A stretch of DNA of 64,000 nucleotides from Saccharolobus islandicus REY15A (GCF_000189555.1 NC_017276.1), one strand, 5' to 3'. Counted from the first letter of the stretch, positions 11,363-23,647 are shown. The notes: generated by a model from the sequence alone, not told the origin. Numbers and translations: made by a program.

Positions 11363-11601
11363 TATGGTAAAAATATTGTATATACTATTTTATCTTTTTC
11401 ATCCTTTTTGTCCACTAGTTTAACTCCTTTCTCACTCATAAGGTCTATCCACATATTTACTTGCTCTTCTTGTGATCCCTTTTGTGCAATAACTTTTATC
11501 TCTCTATTTCCTCCCACTTCTAGCCAGAACTTCAATAACCTTACACTTGCAGAATTTGCACCACATCCACTTTCAGCTTTTGTTAAATCTAATTCCTCCA
11601 T
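11362..11601 (-). CDS. TusA/SirA-like sulfur-carrier-fold protein
   Basis: LDLT...GC near the N-terminus, 79 aa, terminal YTIFL strand typical of the SirA fold. Confidence 0.6.
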   Translation of the reverse strand: MEELDLTKAESGCGANSASVRLLKFWLEVGGNREIKVIAQKGSQEEQVNMWIDLMSEKGVKLVDKKDEKDKIVYTIFLP

Positions 11602-11602
11602 C

Positions 11603-12430
11603 TCAATATATCATCTTGGAGCTAACGTTTAATATTTTTTTGTTCTCTAGAAAGTAAATCTTATCCCACTTTTCCTTCCTCATTTTATTTACTATTGATT
11701 TCATTAGTATAATCGCATTGCAGAAAGCTCCATTACAATTAGTAAATTGAATGTCAGTATAATCAACGCTATTAATTAATTCAATCTCCCTCTCATTACC
11801 GATTCTAAATAGTATTATCTGTCTGTTTTCCGTCATGAAAATTGGAGAATGACAAAATTGCTCAAATCTTTCACTATTTGTGGTATAACCAAAAATTTCA
11901 GCGAACTTAAGCATTGCGTAATATGCAATACCATAACCTTCCTTATATCCTATGAAAAATGGGTTATTTGACAAATTAAGTGACCTATCAGATTCCTTAA
12001 TATCGTCTCCCTTTTCCCCGGCAAGTGAGTATATCGCGCTTAAACTCATTAAGAACGATAATGTGCCCGGTAGGGGTTGACTTGATTTGTAGGGAATAAG
12101 AATAAGATAATCAGCAAATTTTGCCAATTGCGATTCCTCATTTGCTGTTATTACGTAGAGTTTTGTTTTTCCTTTGAATTTCCTAGCAAGTAGTATATTT
12201 AATTTTGGTCTTCCGGAAACTGATACTATGACTAAAGGGCGATCTAGATTTTCATAAAACAATCCCTCGAATGGATCTAACGCCTTAAACCTACCATTGG
12301 TTTTACTCTCTATCGTGAGAGCTACTGCATAAGAGTCTCCGGCTCCTACAATGTAGGCATTATCTAACTTTAAGTCTACATCTACTTTGTAATCTTGTGT
12401 TATCTCACGTTCAATTAAATCTGCGTACAT
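11603..12430 (-). CDS. SIS-domain sugar-phosphate isomerase/aminotransferase-like protein
   Basis: GAGDSY, VSVSGR, ITANEESQLA, EQFCHSP. Confidence 0.8.
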   Translation of the reverse strand: MYADLIEREITQDYKVDVDLKLDNAYIVGAGDSYAVALTIESKTNGRFKALDPFEGLFYENLDRPLVIVSVSGRPKLNILLARKFKGKTKLYVITANEESQLAKFADYLILIPYKSSQPLPGTLSFLMSLSAIYSLAGEKGDDIKESDRSLNLSNNPFFIGYKEGYGIAYYAMLKFAEIFGYTTNSERFEQFCHSPIFMTENRQIILFRIGNEREIELINSVDYTDIQFTNCNGAFCNAIILMKSIVNKMRKEKWDKIYFLENKKILNVSSKMIY

Positions 12431-12475
12431 TAAATAACTTTAATTAACATTCTGCCTAATAGTGTTTTAAGAAAA

Positions 12476-13627
12476 ATGAAGGTTTTAATAAAAAGTGATT
12501 TAGTATTAGGTGCACCTAAGCCTCTCAGAGATGTATATATAGGAATTGATGAAGGGCAAATAAAGGTTATATCGAAAGAACAGCCAGAAGACTATGATTA
12601 TGCAGAATACGTGATCGGTGGGAAAAACAGGGTGGTGGCACCAGGGTTTGTAACTACGCATTCCTTTCTTTACCTATATCCATTTAGGTATAGGATATTT
12701 TCGGGTAAGGCAAACGCCTTTCAACTAATGTCAACACTTACACCTAATGACATTTACTACTTCTCTTTAATGGGTGCGTATCACTTATTGAAAACTGGAG
12801 TTACCACAGTAGTCACTTCAGGTCCTAATTTAGATATGACAGCTAGAGCGATTTCGGAAGTTGGACTAAGACCAGTACTAGCTGTGGGCGTGGATTGTCC
12901 AGATTCTAAAGAGGATTGGGAGAGAGAGTTCACAACGTTATATAATAGATGGTCTAATAAGAACGAGAATAGGGTAATTTTACGTCTTTGTAGCAATGAG
13001 TATTCTAAAGAGGTGTTTGAACTCTCACAACAATATAACTTCCCCGTTCTCTTAGAGAGATTCGTAAGCTTGGAAAATATTAATGGTAAACCAGTTAACG
13101 TAATAGGCTTAGGTGGAGGGGCTAGGAAGGATCTAGATATTATAAATCAGAAGGGATTTCACTTAGCGTCAACTCCATCCTATGAGGTTTCACAATTTCC
13201 ATTAAGCCAATATAAACCATCAATATCCTTAGATCTATCTCCTACTTTTGATATTAGACATGAAATCTCTACAACTATTACCAAGTTAATCTTAACGCCA
13301 GAAGAAGCGCTTAACGCCATGACAGTTTGGGGGCAATTACAACTAAAATATAATGATAGGGGTGTTTTAGAGAACGGAAAAGTGGCCGATTTAGTTGTCT
13401 TTGAAGTTAAGGAGCCCCCAACTTTCCCCTTGGATTATGAAAGTCCCTACGAGTCCATAGTCTTTAATCTCTCTACCCCAGAGACAGTACTAGTGGGTGG
13501 AGAGGCAGTATTAGATGGTGGTGTTCCTTTAAATATTGGAATAAAACATATTGAGAAAGCCATAGAGAGGCTTGAAGGCATTGATAAAAAGATTGCAAAA
13601 CCAGCAAGATATATGGAAAAGGATTGA
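12476..13627 (+). CDS. Amidohydrolase superfamily protein (degenerate metal site)
   Basis: [32 protein letters not shown]. Confidence 0.8.
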   Translation: MKVLIKSDLVLGAPKPLRDVYIGIDEGQIKVISKEQPEDYDYAEYVIGGKNRVVAPGFVTTHSFLYLYPFRYRIFSGKANAFQLMSTLTPNDIYYFSLMGAYHLLKTGVTTVVTSGPNLDMTARAISEVGLRPVLAVGVDCPDSKEDWEREFTTLYNRWSNKNENRVILRLCSNEYSKEVFELSQQYNFPVLLERFVSLENINGKPVNVIGLGGGARKDLDIINQKGFHLASTPSYEVSQFPLSQYKPSISLDLSPTFDIRHEISTTITKLILTPEEALNAMTVWGQLQLKYNDRGVLENGKVADLVVFEVKEPPTFPLDYESPYESIVFNLSTPETVLVGGEAVLDGGVPLNIGIKHIEKAIERLEGIDKKIAKPARYMEKD

Positions 13628-14360
13628 AATAGTAGGAGATATAGTAATTATTGGGATCCCTTTTAACAAAAGATCAGAAGATCTTATAGAGATAGCAAAT
13701 GAGATACTTTTAACTTTTCCCTATATTAAATCAGTGTGGGGAAGATACAGGGACGTCTCTGGCACATATAGGTTATCAACGTATGTATATTTAGCCGGAG
13801 AGAAAAGAAGTGAGACCATTTATAAAGAGCATAAATGCAAATATTTTCTTGATTTTACTAAGGTATTCTTTTCTGAGAAGCTATCCTATGAACATCTGAG
13901 AGTAGCTAGACAAGTTAAGAGAGGTGAGATTATCATAAACATGTTCTCTGGTTTTGGCCCATTTTCAATCCTCTCCGCAGTTCTTGGCAAACCAAAAGTA
14001 ATTTACTCAATAGATGCAAATCCCTATGCGTATTATTATATGATGGTAAACGTAGAATTAAATAGGGCTTACGAAGTGCTTCCAATGTATGGAGATGCTT
14101 TCAAAAGAGTATACGATCTAGAAGATGCAGATAGAATAATTGCACCTCTGCCAGAACTAGCGGATAAGGCATATGAGGTAGCGTTGCAAAAGGTAAAAAA
14201 AGGTGGTACAATTCACCTTTATACTGAGGTGGAGACGAATAGGGGTGAGGACCCCGTAGGAATTGCTATGAATAAGTATAAGGGATCTTATTTTGGTAGG
14301 ATAGTGAGGAGTGTTAATCCACATAAGTATCATGTGGTAGTTGATATTAAGGTTACTTAG
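13572..14360 (+). CDS. Trm5/Met-10+-family SAM-dependent tRNA methyltransferase (probable wyosine-pathway Taw21-type)
   Basis: [32 protein letters not shown]; start codon uncertain. Confidence 0.8.
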   Translation: MKALIKRLQNQQDIWKRIEIVGDIVIIGIPFNKRSEDLIEIANEILLTFPYIKSVWGRYRDVSGTYRLSTYVYLAGEKRSETIYKEHKCKYFLDFTKVFFSEKLSYEHLRVARQVKRGEIIINMFSGFGPFSILSAVLGKPKVIYSIDANPYAYYYMMVNVELNRAYEVLPMYGDAFKRVYDLEDADRIIAPLPELADKAYEVALQKVKKGGTIHLYTEVETNRGEDPVGIAMNKYKGSYFGRIVRSVNPHKYHVVVDIKVT

Positions 14361-14685
14361 TGGGAGTAATTTACTAACGAGTCCCTAAATCTGTTAACCA
14401 GTGCTATTTGGGTTATCCGGCTAATGGATGGAGGAAAATGGACAAGCCAATTCTACGTGACTTTGATGAATTCCAAGGACTGAGAGGTCGACATAAATTC
14501 ATGAAAATTCAATTAAGCCCAACCCTATTCAATTTTCTCCTAACATTCAAAACCAATCGTAATTCCTCTAGGATAGTAAGGAGGCAGTAATTTGACTATA
14601 TTAAAATTATGACTCATAAAATAAATGCTGAAGCATTCGTGTTAACATTTATTAAATAATTCTACAAATAGTTGATGAGATAAAA

Positions 14686-15963
14686 GTGTCTAAAGAGAAT
14701 ATATTTGATGCTTTAAAATCTGGAAAAATAGATTATGTGAGAGTAGAATTTGTAGATATATTAGGGAATACCAAAGGTAGGTCTCTAAGGAGAGCGGAAT
14801 TTGAAAACGTGATAAATAACAACAAAGGAGTTGACTATCCAGAATCATTAGCATTGATGGACTACAAGGATAGGCCGATAAAGTCGAAGTATGAGGATAT
14901 TATTGCTATCCCCGATCTTAACACCTTCGTTGCAATACCGTATTTAGAAAGAACTGCTAGAGTACTCTCATTTCTAGTCCAACCAGAGGGTTTATCATAT
15001 CCATATTGTAGTAGATCTATACTCAATAAGGCAATAGAGAAGTTAAAGGAAGCAGGGTATACCCTACAAGTTTCGTTTGAACCAACATTTTATCTCTTAA
15101 ATTCTTCCCTAAATCCAGCAGATTATTCCAAAGCTTTCTCGTTGGAGGGACTATTAGAACAACAAAACTTTCTAAAATTACTTATAAAATATTTGGAAGA
15201 GATCGACATCCAAGTTGAAACTATTAATAAACACTATGGTCCAGGTCAATACGAGGTTAAGCTTTCTCAAAAATCTGTTTTAGAAGCTGCAGACTCCTTG
15301 ATTTCCAGTAGGGAAGTGATAAGGGATACTGCAAAAATGAATAATGTAATTGCTACTTTTATGCCGAAACCATTTAAAGACTACCCTAGTAGTAGTATGG
15401 ACATTACATTAAGCTTGCAAACAACGGATGGAAAAGACATTATGTACGATCCCAATGACGCCAAGGGAATTGGTCTTAGCAAGATTGCATACAATTTCAT
15501 TTCTGGAATATTGGAGCATCTCCCTTCAATACTATCTATCGCTGCACCGACTGTCAATTCATATAAGAGATTTAAGGAAGTAGTGACTCCAAATATGCCG
15601 GGGATAGGCACTGAAAGACATTACATAGTCAGAATTCCAAGTTATTATAAGGATACTCGTCAAGTAGAATTCAGATTAGCAGATCCATTAGCGAACCCGT
15701 ATATTCTATTAGCCAGCATAATATATGCAGGCTTAGATGGTATTGAAAGAAATCTTATGGTTAATATAAATGAATATTACGGTAACTTACCACAAACCCT
15801 AAAGGAATCGTTAAGTAGATTAGAGAACGATATATACATGAAGTATAATTTGGGCCAAGATTTAATCACTACTTATATTAATATCAAAAATATAGAGATA
15901 GAAGAATACGAATCAGAAATAACTGAATGGGAAAAAGAGTACTATTTAAAGGCAGGATGGTAA
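14686..15963 (+). CDS. Glutamine synthetase-family protein (divergent paralogue)
   Basis: [39 protein letters not shown]; several metal ligands are substituted. Confidence 0.85.
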   Translation: MSKENIFDALKSGKIDYVRVEFVDILGNTKGRSLRRAEFENVINNNKGVDYPESLALMDYKDRPIKSKYEDIIAIPDLNTFVAIPYLERTARVLSFLVQPEGLSYPYCSRSILNKAIEKLKEAGYTLQVSFEPTFYLLNSSLNPADYSKAFSLEGLLEQQNFLKLLIKYLEEIDIQVETINKHYGPGQYEVKLSQKSVLEAADSLISSREVIRDTAKMNNVIATFMPKPFKDYPSSSMDITLSLQTTDGKDIMYDPNDAKGIGLSKIAYNFISGILEHLPSILSIAAPTVNSYKRFKEVVTPNMPGIGTERHYIVRIPSYYKDTRQVEFRLADPLANPYILLASIIYAGLDGIERNLMVNINEYYGNLPQTLKESLSRLENDIYMKYNLGQDLITTYINIKNIEIEEYESEITEWEKEYYLKAGW

Positions 15964-16950
15964 ATGCTAGCTGCGATTCTAAGAAGTTTCGGTGAGGAAT
16001 TAAGTCTCGAAGATGTAAGAGAGCCTTCCAATGGAATTATTCTAAAAGTTCTAGCTACTGGGCTTTGTCATGGGGACTTGCATGTAATGAATGGCGATTG
16101 GAAATACGAAATCAAGATTGAATTACCGAAAATATTAGGACATGAAATTGTCGGAGAAGTTGTTAAAGGCAATCACAATTTTAAGGAAGGGGACAAGGTA
16201 CTAGTTTATAATAGTGTTGGTTGTGGAAAATGTAAGTATTGTGTGTCCAGAAAGTATCAATACTGCGAAAAAGTGAAAATTGTTGGTCTTAATATTGATG
16301 GTGGTTTCGCGGAATATGTGAGTGTCCCTACTGATAATATTCTCTTAAGAGTAGATGGTAATCCCGTTGAGTTAGCGCCCCTAGCAGATGCCGGAATAAC
16401 AGCTTATAGCTCAACCAAGGGCATAGGTGAGGGGGATAATGTATTAATTATTGGAACTGGGGCTGTCGCACTATTGGCATTACAAATTTTAAAACTAAAA
16501 GGAGCTAGAATTACCGTTATTGGGCATAATAAAAATAAGCTTGGTAAGGCGAAGGAAATAGGAGCTGATGAGGTAATTGATATACAAGATGGCAGTACGA
16601 TAGCTAGTGAGATTAAGGAGTCTAAGTTTGATTACATTATAGATTACGTGGGCAGTGATTACACACTTTCTGATTCCATGTGGTTGCTAAATAGGGAAGG
16701 AGAGCTAAGAATTGTCGGAGAATTTGGTGGTACTCTAACTGTTCCGGAGCAGTTACTAGTATTAAAGGGGTTAAAAGTAAGGGGTATATTATACGGCAGC
16801 TTTGATGATTTGATAAGTGTTTATAAACTATATAATGAGGGAAAAATTAGACCTATAGTAAATACGTACAGATTAAGGGATATCAACAAGTCGATTAAGG
16901 GTTTAAGAGAGGGCAAAATGATAGGCCGTGCAGTCATAGTGCCTCCTTAA
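15964..16950 (+). CDS. Zn-dependent alcohol dehydrogenase (MDR family)
   Basis: [14 protein letters not shown], structural Zn CGKCKYC...C, GTGAV. Confidence 0.92.
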   Translation: MLAAILRSFGEELSLEDVREPSNGIILKVLATGLCHGDLHVMNGDWKYEIKIELPKILGHEIVGEVVKGNHNFKEGDKVLVYNSVGCGKCKYCVSRKYQYCEKVKIVGLNIDGGFAEYVSVPTDNILLRVDGNPVELAPLADAGITAYSSTKGIGEGDNVLIIGTGAVALLALQILKLKGARITVIGHNKNKLGKAKEIGADEVIDIQDGSTIASEIKESKFDYIIDYVGSDYTLSDSMWLLNREGELRIVGEFGGTLTVPEQLLVLKGLKVRGILYGSFDDLISVYKLYNEGKIRPIVNTYRLRDINKSIKGLREGKMIGRAVIVPP

Positions 16951-17198
16951 GATTTTTGATTTGAAAGTTGCTCTAAAAACTTCTTTAGTACCTCTACATT
17001 TTCTTCATGAACCGATTTTCTTCTTATATCTACTATTATCCCCAGTTTTCTAGCGTTATTTATATTTAAGCCGGCTTTTTCAAGTTCTCCTATACTAAAT
17101 CCTCTACCTATTCTTTTATCCTTTCTTTTATGTGGGTATTCGAAATGATAATTTGGTCTTTTTATTAAAGCTTTAGGGAACTCCATAAGAGTCCCCAA
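16947..17198 (-). CDS. rpl13e: 50S ribosomal protein L13e
   Basis: [26 protein letters not shown]. Confidence 0.92.
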   Translation of the reverse strand: MGTLMEFPKALIKRPNYHFEYPHKRKDKRIGRGFSIGELEKAGLNINNARKLGIIVDIRRKSVHEENVEVLKKFLEQLSNQKS

Positions 17199-17218
17199 AA
17201 TTAAATAACGTAGTTCCT

Positions 17219-18232
17219 TTAAAAGATTTTAGCTTTAAACCTAAATGGTCTCTTACCGCTAACATCGATTTTAATATCTAGAAACTTCTTTATAATCTCC
17301 ATATTCGTATAGGCGTGAGATGTCAATTCCGCACCAATGTATTCCCCACCGTAAAGTGATGCAAATATCATGAGCATATCGCTCATGTGTATATCCACAG
17401 AGGCCTTAGTGTTAAGATTATCAATAAGTATCCTCGCAGCCTCTTCTCCAACTATTTCAGCTCTTTTACCTCTCTCTCCCAGCGAATCAGCTCCAATAAT
17501 ACTCTTCTCCCCTATGGCAGCCAATGCAATACCACTGCCTTTACTTACTTCACCTTGTCTTACGTCAGTTTGTATTTCAATTGGAACTCCAAGTTTAGAT
17601 AGGATTTCCCTAGCTGAATTCATCTGTCTCTCTGCGATATGGGCTGGTAAAGATGAAACATGTGAAATTCCCTTTATTATTGTTAATTTACCTAGCTCTA
17701 GTAAACTAAAGGCGGATGGGTTTCCATTGACATTTTCAATTATCACTTCTCCTCCACCTTCTGGATAGTGGCCTCTTTTTATCAGGTTCAGCTTTGCTTC
17801 AATTCCTATTTTTCTTAAAATTTCCAAATATACAAGTCTAATATAGTCAATGGTAGGAGATTTCGGTACATCAGTACCACCTTTAATTCTAATTCTCACG
17901 TTCTTGTTAATTATGGCCGGTAGGACAGTTTGTATTATTAGGGTTACACTTCCAGCTGTACCAACGTCTATATCTATATTGGTATTTCCCTTGATTTCAT
18001 GAGGCACAAATATCAGTTCTTTGGATCCTACTTCATCCCCCTTTGTTTCAGCATTTGATATCATCTTCATAGCTTTTACTGCCCATAGATGTTGCCTTTG
18101 TAATCCGGGATTAGGTCTATTAGCTCTTATATTAAATATTCTAAATGGTTTACCAGTTATGACAGATAGCGTTAAAGACGTTCTCAGAATTTGTCCTCCT
18201 CCTTCACCAAAGGATCCATCTATTTCAATCAT
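17219..18232 (-). CDS. rtcA: RNA 3'-terminal phosphate cyclase
   Basis: [39 protein letters not shown]; start moved to ATG 18232. Confidence 0.95.
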   Translation of the reverse strand: MIEIDGSFGEGGGQILRTSLTLSVITGKPFRIFNIRANRPNPGLQRQHLWAVKAMKMISNAETKGDEVGSKELIFVPHEIKGNTNIDIDVGTAGSVTLIIQTVLPAIINKNVRIRIKGGTDVPKSPTIDYIRLVYLEILRKIGIEAKLNLIKRGHYPEGGGEVIIENVNGNPSAFSLLELGKLTIIKGISHVSSLPAHIAERQMNSAREILSKLGVPIEIQTDVRQGEVSKGSGIALAAIGEKSIIGADSLGERGKRAEIVGEEAARILIDNLNTKASVDIHMSDMLMIFASLYGGEYIGAELTSHAYTNMEIIKKFLDIKIDVSGKRPFRFKAKIF

Positions 18233-18245
18233 TAGGTGAATTATC

Positions 18246-18689
18246 TTGAAGATCAAATTAAAGTCTCTTGCAAAGGTTGTTGGAGAAGAGGAATTAGCAG
18301 TAATACCTTTAGCTGAAAATGAATATTTTATAGAATGTCTAAATTTTTATGAAGATGTAGAAGGAGGAAGACAAGCTAGATTGGTTGTTATAGTAGATAA
18401 ATATGGAATAATAAGACAAGATCAAGTTAATTTTATAAAAGGTAAAAAGACATTTGTTGACGCTATAGGAATAGAGGATGATTTCAGAAAAATACAAAGT
18501 GTGTTGAAGCTGGATAGAATAGCTAGAATGTTTAAAGTTCCATTATATTTTGATGTCGAAATAATTGAGAAACCAGATGTTTCTAAGAGGGGAATAAAAG
18601 GATTTTATAACTATTTGTCAGTTCATAAGGAAATAGATATGAGTAAGTTGAAGGGTTTAGTAAGTTTAAGTATCGAAGAACTTGTCTAA
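18246..18689 (+). CDS. Conserved hypothetical protein
   Basis: 147-aa ORF with host-like codon usage filling the gap between rtcA and dpo4. Confidence 0.6.
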   Translation: MKIKLKSLAKVVGEEELAVIPLAENEYFIECLNFYEDVEGGRQARLVVIVDKYGIIRQDQVNFIKGKKTFVDAIGIEDDFRKIQSVLKLDRIARMFKVPLYFDVEIIEKPDVSKRGIKGFYNYLSVHKEIDMSKLKGLVSLSIEELV

Positions 18690-19724
18690 CCCTATCGCCT
18701 CGATGAATTTGCTAAACCTTACTCCAATTCTCCTTATTTTTCTCTCATCCTCTTCCAATATTTTTTGCAGTAACCTTACTGCCTCTCTATACGCTGTTTC
18801 CTTACTTATTCCATGAGTGAAAGTTCTTCCTCTACTTACAATATCTAAATCTTCAGTTACTGCAACTACGTGAATAGCTTTAGGAATCTTCTTATCTAAC
18901 TTATAATATGCCTCTTCTATTGCTCTAAATAAATACGGCTTTATTTCCTCTAAATCCCTACTATTTCTCTTCATTGTTACGATCCTCCCAATACTCTTCC
19001 GTACTCTAGCTCTTATAGGTTCGTTATACTCATCTCTGGCTAAAGAGAACAGATATTTGGCTTTAGCCTCACCAATTATTCTTTTTAGTTCGTCAAATTC
19101 AATTCTTAATGTGTCAACTAGTTTGTTCACACCTAACTTTTTTAGTTTCTCCGCAGTAATATCGCCAATTCCGGGTATATCAGCTATATCTAGCTCTCCT
19201 ATTAACCTTTTAACTTCTTCATCATCAATCACCTTTATCCCATTTGGCTTTGCCATATCAGCCGCAATTTTTGCAAATACTTTATTCTTAGAAATTCCCA
19301 CAGTAACTGTAATTTTCTCTTTTTCAAGTATTTTGTTCTTAATCTCCAACCCTAGGTTATATGCATCTTGATAGTTCTTAACCTTGTCTGAGATATCGAG
19401 ATAAGCTTCATCTATACTTGCAATCTCGATTTTCTCAGAGTATTCCCTTAGCAGTTTCATTATTCTATTGGAAACTTGCTGATATACTTCTTTTCTCATG
19501 GGTAAGTAAACTGCATTAGGTAAAATTTTCTTTGCTTCAACTATTGGTATTCCAGCCTTTATTCCAAATTTTCTAGCTTCATAGTTTGCAGTAGCAACAG
19601 CTCCACTATCCTCAAATCTTCCCGAAAATACACAAACAACAACGGGCTTTCCTTTCAATGATGGGTTTAAAACTTCCTCAACTTGAGCGTAAAAGTAGTC
19701 AAAATCAACGAAAAGAACAATCAT
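18666..19724 (-). CDS. dpo4: DNA polymerase IV (Y-family, Dpo4/Dbh)
   Basis: [34 protein letters not shown]. Confidence 0.97.
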   Translation of the reverse strand: MIVLFVDFDYFYAQVEEVLNPSLKGKPVVVCVFSGRFEDSGAVATANYEARKFGIKAGIPIVEAKKILPNAVYLPMRKEVYQQVSNRIMKLLREYSEKIEIASIDEAYLDISDKVKNYQDAYNLGLEIKNKILEKEKITVTVGISKNKVFAKIAADMAKPNGIKVIDDEEVKRLIGELDIADIPGIGDITAEKLKKLGVNKLVDTLRIEFDELKRIIGEAKAKYLFSLARDEYNEPIRARVRKSIGRIVTMKRNSRDLEEIKPYLFRAIEEAYYKLDKKIPKAIHVVAVTEDLDIVSRGRTFTHGISKETAYREAVRLLQKILEEDERKIRRIGVRFSKFIEAIGLDKFFDT

Positions 19725-20572
19725 TTACATATAACATTTGGTTTCTTTTTCCTTAAATACTCTCTTACCTCTTCTAATGTTGGTGAAGAAATTCCTCCTA
19801 TCTTCGTAACCTTAAGACCAGATGCAACGCTAGCAACTTGTAGACTCTTTATAATATCCTTTTCCTCAGAATATGTTACATTAAATGCTGCATCAAAGGT
19901 ATCTCCAGCTCCAGTAGTATCAACTACCTTTTCTACTTGTATTGGTTCAACTGAACACTCTTCAGTCTCAGTAATTATCTTTGCCCCTTTCTTGCCCATC
20001 TTAATGACGATAAATCTGGCCTTTATGTTCTTACCTTCTATCATTTCATACTCTTTTTCATTAATATATAAGATGTCTACGTCAATCGAATCTATATTTT
20101 TAGCTTGTGGGCCAGGATCATAGCTTACTAATTTTGCATAAGGATCTCTCACAACAACGTTTGGTGATACTGAGGCGAAGTGAATAACGTCAAACAGTCC
20201 AAAACGCCTTTTTACATCTTCTCTTGTTAGCAATATTGATGCGCCAAGTCTTCTTACCATAGATAGTGTTCCATCACTTCTCAAGAAGATTAGTGTTGCA
20301 CTAGGTTTCTCGTTTAATTCCTCTACGTATTCTAATCCTACCCCTAATTCTACTACTTTTTCCATTAGACTTCTAACTACTTCGCTTTTCCCAACCTTTG
20401 CTAATAGTTTAGCAGAGTGACCCAGTTTAGTCACTGCCACTGCATAGTTTGTTGCAGCTCCTCCGGGCATGATTTCAAGAACATCCGTCATATGACTGGA
20501 ATCTATAGGTGGAATAGAATCCAATTTTACTATAATATCAATGTTAAATCTCCCCACTGCTAGGTGTATCAA
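19721..20572 (-). CDS. PfkB-family carbohydrate kinase
   Basis: [19 protein letters not shown]. Confidence 0.92.
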   Translation of the reverse strand: MIHLAVGRFNIDIIVKLDSIPPIDSSHMTDVLEIMPGGAATNYAVAVTKLGHSAKLLAKVGKSEVVRSLMEKVVELGVGLEYVEELNEKPSATLIFLRSDGTLSMVRRLGASILLTREDVKRRFGLFDVIHFASVSPNVVVRDPYAKLVSYDPGPQAKNIDSIDVDILYINEKEYEMIEGKNIKARFIVIKMGKKGAKIITETEECSVEPIQVEKVVDTTGAGDTFDAAFNVTYSEEKDIIKSLQVASVASGLKVTKIGGISSPTLEEVREYLRKKKPNVICK

Positions 20573-20584
20573 CTAAAATCACCT

Positions 20585-20640
20585 ATGTCAGACAGCCGCC
20601 ACTCAATCACTTTGTCAGTCCCAAAGGTCTTCATCACATG
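20585..20640 (-). ncRNA. Box C/D guide sRNA
   Basis: Minus strand: GTGATGA (C) - AGACCTTTGGGA - CTGA (D') - CAAA - GTGATTG (C') - AGTGGCGGCTGT - CTGA (D); two 12-nt guides. Confidence 0.85.
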
Positions 20641-20847
20641 TTATCTTTACATAATGTTATATTAATAAAGCTTTCATAATTCACGTGATTCGGCTTCCAA
20701 CCCCTTCCACCTTAAAAGGCTAAGCTTTTAACTATTGCAACGGAAACCCTTTGACCGTAATATTTTATATGCAAACTTTCTCGCTATACAAGGCCTCATA
20801 GATTTAGAGTTAATCTCAAAAACTTTATTATATATTATTATTGTGAG

Positions 20848-22206
20848 ATGTCAGAGATACGCGAGTTAAAGAGACCCATACGTGAAAAAGCAAGTATTCA
20901 TAGTCATATTAAAGGTTTAGGTTTAGATGATAATGGTAAAGCTAAGTTTATTGCAGATGGGCTAGTTGGCCAAGCTGAGGCCCGAGAGGCTGCAGGAGTA
21001 GTTGTACAATTGATAAAACAAGGAAAAATGTCGGGAAAAGGGATACTATTTGTTGGTCCTCCGGGTACTGGAAAAACTGCATTAGCAGTAGCGATTGCCA
21101 GAGAGTTGGGTGAAGATACTCCATTTACTGCAATTAACGCTTCTGAAATATATTCTACAGAACTTAAGAAGACTGAGATACTAACCCAATTGATAAGAAA
21201 ATCAATAGGTGTCAGAATTAGGGAAAAGAGACTGGTATATGAAGGCGTTGTAAAGGATAGAAAGATTAAGGTTGCTAGAAGTAGATTAAATCCCTATTCC
21301 CAAGCTCCAGTTGAGGCTCAAATAACTTTAACCACTAAAGACGATGAAAGGACGTTGTCAGTAGGTGAGGAAATAGCACAACAACTCGTATCCTTAGGCG
21401 TTAAGAAAGGCGACGTTATCATGATTGATGCTCAAACTGGACAAGTTATAGTTGAGGGTAAGGCTAAGGGTTTTGAAGGTGCTAAAACTTATGATATAGA
21501 GACTACGAAAGTACTAGAGATACCTACTGGTCCGGTGAGAAAAGAAAAGGAAATAACAACTACACTCACCTTAAACGATTTAGACCTGAATTTAGCTGCT
21601 AGAAATCTAGCCGTTACAGCTATCTTCTCGTTCTTTACGGAAAGAGAAATAAATGAGGACGTTAGAAAAGAGGTAGATAGACTAGTTAAGGATTGGATTA
21701 ACCAAGGTAGGGCGGAATTGGTAGTTGGAGTGCTATTCATTGATGATGCTCATACGCTTGATTTAGAAGCATTTTCTTTTCTAACTAGAGCCTTAGAGTC
21801 CGAATTAGCACCAATACTGATCTTAGCAACCAACAGGGGGCTAACTAAAATTAGAGGATCTGATATAGAATCTCCTCATGGGATTCCTCTTGACCTATTG
21901 GATAGACTGCTGATAATACCAACTAGACCTTACAATGCTGATGAAATTAAAGAAATAATCAAGATTAGAGCTGATGAATTAGAAATTGAATTAGATCCTC
22001 AAGCTTTAGAGGAATTAACTAAAATAGGTGTTGAAAATAGTTTGAGATACTCTGTTCAACTGTTAGAACCATCTCTTATAATTGCTCAAAGAAATAATAG
22101 GAGTATTATAAAGGTTGAAGATGTAGTGGTAGCTTCAAAGCTATTCTCAGATGTTAAGAGAAGTGTAAAGTTTGTAAAGGAGTATGAGAATCTATTATTG
22201 AAATGA
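20848..22206 (+). CDS. TIP49/RuvB-like AAA+ ATPase
   Basis: [34 protein letters not shown]. Confidence 0.93.
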   Translation: MSEIRELKRPIREKASIHSHIKGLGLDDNGKAKFIADGLVGQAEAREAAGVVVQLIKQGKMSGKGILFVGPPGTGKTALAVAIARELGEDTPFTAINASEIYSTELKKTEILTQLIRKSIGVRIREKRLVYEGVVKDRKIKVARSRLNPYSQAPVEAQITLTTKDDERTLSVGEEIAQQLVSLGVKKGDVIMIDAQTGQVIVEGKAKGFEGAKTYDIETTKVLEIPTGPVRKEKEITTTLTLNDLDLNLAARNLAVTAIFSFFTEREINEDVRKEVDRLVKDWINQGRAELVVGVLFIDDAHTLDLEAFSFLTRALESELAPILILATNRGLTKIRGSDIESPHGIPLDLLDRLLIIPTRPYNADEIKEIIKIRADELEIELDPQALEELTKIGVENSLRYSVQLLEPSLIIAQRNNRSIIKVEDVVVASKLFSDVKRSVKFVKEYENLLLK

Positions 22207-22253
22207 TGTCTGGTGACGGCTCTGAGCCAGTGATGTCGCCAAAAAGTCTGATC
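22201..22253 (+). ncRNA. Box C/D guide sRNA overlapping the TIP49 stop codon
   Basis: ATGATGT (C) - CTGGTGACGGCT - CTGA (D') - GCCA - GTGATGT (C') - CGCCAAAAAGT - CTGA (D). Confidence 0.75.
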
Positions 22254-22289
22254 AATATTTTTTAAATATCCAAAAATTTAGATTCTAGT

Positions 22290-22856
22290 GTGAAAGTAGG
22301 TTTAGTATATTATGGCGGACAATATAATCACCTAATACTTAAGAACGTAAAGTATTTGGGAGCGGACATTGAGGTAATTCCCCCACATAAGCCAGTGGAG
22401 GAACTTAAGAAATTCGATTGCGTTATATTTAGTGGTGGCCCCTACTCAGTGTCAGAGGAAATTCAAAAAATGGGAAATTCTCCCCTTTATATAAAAGAAC
22501 TGAAAGTCCCAATGTTAGGCATATGCCTAGGTCATCAGCTAATTGCCTATGTATTGGGTGGGGTTGTAAGAAGAGCCCTAAATCCAGAATACGGACTCAC
22601 TAGGATAAATATATTTGACGAAGATACTATTCTGAAAGGTTTCTCACAGCAACTTAACGTTTGGGAAAGTCACAATGATGAGGTGGTTGAACCGCCTAGC
22701 GGATTCAGAGTGTTAGCTAGTAGCGCAAATGCAAGAGTCCAAGCAATGGCGAACTCAAGTAATTCAATATTTGGTGTGCAGTTTCATCCTGAAGTTAAAC
22801 ATACAGAAAGAGGAATAGAGATATTTAAGAACTTCTTAGGAGTATGTAGAAAATAG
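22290..22856 (+). CDS. guaAA: GMP synthase glutamine amidotransferase subunit A
   Basis: SGGP, GICLGHQ, WESHND, VQFHPE. Confidence 0.92.
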   Translation: MKVGLVYYGGQYNHLILKNVKYLGADIEVIPPHKPVEELKKFDCVIFSGGPYSVSEEIQKMGNSPLYIKELKVPMLGICLGHQLIAYVLGGVVRRALNPEYGLTRINIFDEDTILKGFSQQLNVWESHNDEVVEPPSGFRVLASSANARVQAMANSSNSIFGVQFHPEVKHTERGIEIFKNFLGVCRK

Positions 22857-22858
22857 AT

Positions 22859-23647
22859 TCACTTCAATTCCTCCTCAGTCTTTTTGCCACTCTCAATGAT
22901 CTTTCTCTTTACCTTTTCTGGCAATGTATAATCTTCCCTTCTTTCCTCTAATCTTCCCTTCAAGACTATTCCTTTACCATTAACTATATCTATTTCCCAT
23001 ACATGCTTATCGTGATCGGTTTGTCTCATTTTCTCAATTAATATGTACCTATGTAGTTCCCCATTCCTTATCATCCTTCTGAATCTGATTATCCCATCTG
23101 CCACATGCTCTACCCCAAATCCAAATGCTTGTGATGTGGTTATTGCGTATTGTGAAGTAGCATATATTGTGAAATTCCATTTATTTAAGACTCTCTTAAG
23201 ATAGTAGCTTATTTTCCTTGCCATTGCGGGTTTATCCAAAAATAATGCACTTACTGAATCAATTACCAATCTAGCTTTACCATAACCTAATTTTTGTTTA
23301 GCCTCAATTACCTTATTCACTAATTCCTCAGGGGTTAAGTTCACTAAAGACCATTGGTCCTCTTTTTCCTTCATTAGTGCATCTATTATTATCAACTTCT
23401 TCTCTATATATTCCTCAAAATCCCAATTAAACTGCTTAGCTTGTCTTATTATTGAATCCCTACTTTCCTCAGTTGTAACGTATATACAAGGATCTCCGTC
23501 CCTTAATCCCTTAGCAATGAAGTGAAGTGAAAATATTGTCTTTCCAGTTCCAGGCTCTCCAGTCAACGCTATGAAAAATCCTTGAGGAATCCCACCTTGT
23601 ATTAGTTTATCAAAATCCAATATTCCAGTAGATAATCTACTTACCAT
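22859..23647 (-). CDS. KaiC/RadA-like RecA-superfamily ATPase
   Basis: LSTGILDFD, GEPGTGKT, VIDSVS, EHVADG, IEKMR. Confidence 0.9.
   Translation of the reverse strand: MVSRLSTGILDFDKLIQGGIPQGFFIALTGEPGTGKTIFSLHFIAKGLRDGDPCIYVTTEESRDSIIRQAKQFNWDFEEYIEKKLIIIDALMKEKEDQWSLVNLTPEELVNKVIEAKQKLGYGKARLVIDSVSALFLDKPAMARKISYYLKRVLNKWNFTIYATSQYAITTSQAFGFGVEHVADGIIRFRRMIRNGELHRYILIEKMRQTDHDKHVWEIDIVNGKGIVLKGRLEERREDYTLPEKVKRKIIESGKKTEEELK

Noticed and set aside
14408-14590. 60-aa ORF between the methyltransferase and the glnA paralogue
   Set aside because: No recognisable motif and a weak TTG start; it could be a gene remnant, but I cannot support that.
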